A stretch of 31,832 nt of DNA from Macrostomum lignano (lineage: Eukaryota). The translations under genes and the position numbers were made by a program. The notes under the pieces are model-generated. The model saw only the letters and a list, made by a program, of their open reading frames with translations, had not been told where the DNA came from and made no database searches. Of the stretch, positions 29,324 to 31,832 are shown in pieces. Location: positions 1 through 31,832 of the forward strand of contig NIVC01004908.1 of NCBI GenBank assembly GCA_002269645.1, written 5' to 3'. Every line of letters starts with the position of its first letter. Position 1 is the first letter of the stretch.

Positions 29324-30841
29324 GCAATTGAAAACTGGAATATATAAGTATATGTAATTTTTATTACTACTACTGATTGCAAAACAAGTAAGTAGTAAGG
29401 TACTTGCTAAGAATTTTATTATGTGTCTAATACATTTTTCCATTACAAATCAAATAGAAAAGTACTAAACTAAGCCTAGCTGGAATAGAGTATTCTACAG
29501 GAATTCTCAAAACACAATGGGAGTTATATTGCATGGCACAATTTTAGCAGTTCCTAACACAATCCAATCCTCTTTCCCTTATAGTTAGACCTCCAATTTT
29601 TCTAATCTTGTCTTAACAATCATTCATATATCCTAAAATAACCAAGTATAGATAAAGGAAACATAATGAAAGAGTTAGCCCAGCAATATGTGAGAGGAAA
29701 TAAGCAAGTGTTAAGCTTTTTGTTTAACAAAATCCTTTCTTGATTGGGTATTAATGTCCTGCATCTTCTCTCTGCAGTATACAAGCCCTGGAGCTGGGGT
29801 GCTCACCAAGGACAAGTGACTGTTTTTTTTCATTTTATTTGCTTAAATATACCAAGGATCTTAAAATTACCGGCCTCTTTTCTGGCAGTGATGGCCTTCT
29901 CAATCAGTGAATGTTAATTGTAAACTTTTTATTTCTTTTGGCCTATTATATTTTAGTTCATAAAATTCAATTCAAATTATTTCTTTCAGGAAAGTCAGGA
30001 AAATGAAAGCAAAGGCGAACATTCATATTTTATCTTTAATAATACAAAATTATGAAATTATAATTTATTAATCAATCTTTGCGCGACATGTTTTGCCGAA
30101 AAATTGGCATCTTCAGGCAAGGCAATAATATAGTTTCAGAAAGATGGTAATTTTTTAAAGTCTAGTAGGCCAAAAAGATTGTAAGTATGGGTAACTGAGT
30201 TAGATGGCCCTAAATAAGAGGCAAGTGCATGGGGTCAGAACACCCTTAGATGGACACTCGCCCCTCTACACCAAGTTGGATGTTCATGGTAGGCTTTAGC
30301 TGTTTAATGTACAATGCCTCAAGAGTAGACAACTTAAAACTCTGGCAATTATGATCAATAATTTCAAATTTCTCAGCATTTCTAACTTTGGCACATTGAT
30401 TGCACATCAGGAGGTGGTCGTACACAGTGCTAGCTCTTGTACAATGCTCCTTTACCCTTGTGTGTAGGTGCCTTAAATTAAATTTCTTAAATTTCTTTAA
30501 GGTATTATATTTTCCTCAATATAATTCAAATATGTTTAATTATTAAAAAAGTGGACATATACAGAAATGGAAAAGGTTGCCAATAAAACTGCCAAAATGG
30601 AGTTTGTATTGTTTCTAATTCTTGTGTGTGAGGTCTTTTCTTTTGGGTTCTTTGTGGGCAGGCAGTGTAAACTGTGTATTGAGAATTCCTGTAGAATACC
30701 CTGTTCCAGCTGGTTTGGTACCTTACTATTTGATTTGAAATGGGAAAATGTGGTATGTGCATAGTAGAATTTCTGATGGGTACCTTACTACTTGTTTTGC
30801 AATTGAAAATTGGAGTATGTAAGTAATTTTCTATTACTACT
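29324..30841. repeat. Pair of diverged ~190-bp dispersed repeats (29324-29517 and 30673-30841), mostly inverted
   Basis: The reverse complement of 29375-29517 aligns to 30673-30803 (ttgagaattcctgtagaatac...ttccagct...ctatttgatttg...gtaccttactact). 29324-29371 aligns directly to 30799-30841. Confidence 0.7.
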
Positions 30842-31251
30842 CTTGTGAATTTTTAACAACTCAATTGATTTTATGTAATAGAGAGGCAACTGTTTGAGTC
30901 ACCAATGCATCACATGAGTTTTAAAATCATAAAAGAGTGCTAAAAATGCCTATGTGATTCTAACTCATAAAGTGATGCATATGTGTTTTATACACAACTC
31001 TAGCACGCCTCAGATACCATTCTCTCTGTTGCCCAGAGTCGCAAAACAATAAAACGCCTCATATTGACTCAGATGACTTTTTAAACTTGTGCCGTGACAT
31101 TTTGTGGTTTTAGAGTTGTAATTTAACAACTCTGAAACGCTCTGGGCGGCGAGGTAACATAAACTGATATTTCTGCTCATAAATCTGTAAATTGCTGCGC
31201 TTGCCAATCTCCTTTGTCGGCATTGTGAGCAGCAGCAGAAGGATTGCAGCA

Positions 31252-31596
31252 ATGTCGGCATCAACTGGCATTCGGCCAATTGTATTCAGCGGGCCTAGCG
31301 GCAGCGGCAAGTCTACACTAATCCAGCATCTGATGGAGCGTCATCCGGCTGCTTTCGGTTCTGCGTGTCGCACACAACCAGACAGCGAGAGCCGGCGAAA
31401 AGCACGGCCAGCACTATTGGTACGTGACGAGGCCGAGATGCTGGCTGACATTGACGCCGGCAAGTTTATTGAGTCCACCCATTTTGCCGGCAACCGCTAT
31501 GGCACAGTTACAAAGCCGTGACGGATGTTATCAATAGCGGACGTGACGGATGTTATCAATAGCGGACAAATTCCCGTGCTAGATGTGGATGTGCAG
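31252..31596 (+). CDS. GUK1: Guanylate kinase, first coding exon (frameshifted in this sequence; gene continues beyond the window)
   Basis: P-loop RPIVFSGPSGSGKSTLI. After indels it reads VSHTTR, GEKHGQHYWYV, GKFIESTHFAGNRYGT, VLDVDVQ, then donor cag|gtttgt at 31597. Confidence 0.88.
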
Positions 31597-31832
31597 GTTT
31601 GTTCAGGTGTTAATACTGATTTGTTATTGCTTTTAAGATTTATCAATTTTCGGCTGCGCAAGTGGCATTTAACGTACTCAGTAATACAAATTCAATGTGC
31701 GTTTACAACAGCGTTTTTGAGAATATCTTATATATAAGTTAAAACAAATATTGCATTAGTAACTTATTTTTTCACTGGTATTTATAGTTTTAGGGCAATG
31801 AACCATTTTAAGCATACGAAATGCCAGTTTAA

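Noticed and set aside
25350-31000. Short hydrophobic ORFs and a possible decayed reading frame around 28810-29290
   Set aside because: Stop density is what this AT content predicts, and no protein motif is recognisable.
31107-31138. GTTTTAGAG... start resembling a type II-A CRISPR repeat or sgRNA scaffold
   Set aside because: Single copy, no spacer or tracr partner, and no nuclease ORF. Only the first 9 nt match.
31183-31251. Mitochondrial presequence-like extension of the guanylate kinase (LLRLPISFVGIVSSSRRIAA)
   Set aside because: There is no in-frame ATG (TAA at 31180). The segment fits a 5'UTR intron better (donor 31154, acceptor ttgcag at 31249). It is not fully excluded given local sequence errors.
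31010-31279. Minus ORF with CSQC...LC as the missing GATAD1 zinc-finger exon
   Set aside because: It overlaps the kinase start antisense, the Cys spacing does not give a C4 finger, and no donor joins it productively to the 24954 acceptor.

Overview
This is eukaryotic (animal) genomic DNA, not prokaryotic. GC-rich exons are separated by GT-AG introns filled with tandem repeats; the style resembles the flatworm Macrostomum, but that is an inference. Four genes are supported. (1) A 5'-truncated, multi-exon single-pass receptor with about 7-8 CUB domains, a TM helix and a Tyr/Pro/polyQ-rich tail (+, 281-7584). (2) An orphan class A GPCR, SREB/GPR85-like, with an intronless CDS (-, 8883-10364) and a probable 5'UTR exon ending at 12018. 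(3) A GATAD1 homolog (-, two exons, 24934-24283 and 23868-23639). (4) The first coding exon of a guanylate kinase (+, 31252-31596). A ~10.3 kb array of a 40-bp satellite (~257 copies) fills the middle. There are also about 10 smaller tandem arrays, two copies of a tRNA-Glu-like SINE that share a near-identical 78-nt core, a MITE with an 8-bp TSD, and a strongly CpG-depleted AT-rich domain between GATAD1 and the kinase. Frameshifts cluster in exons at both window ends, mostly as 1-nt losses in homopolymers, and probably reflect consensus errors. No CRISPR array, rRNA or intact tRNA was found. All alignments and counts were done by eye.
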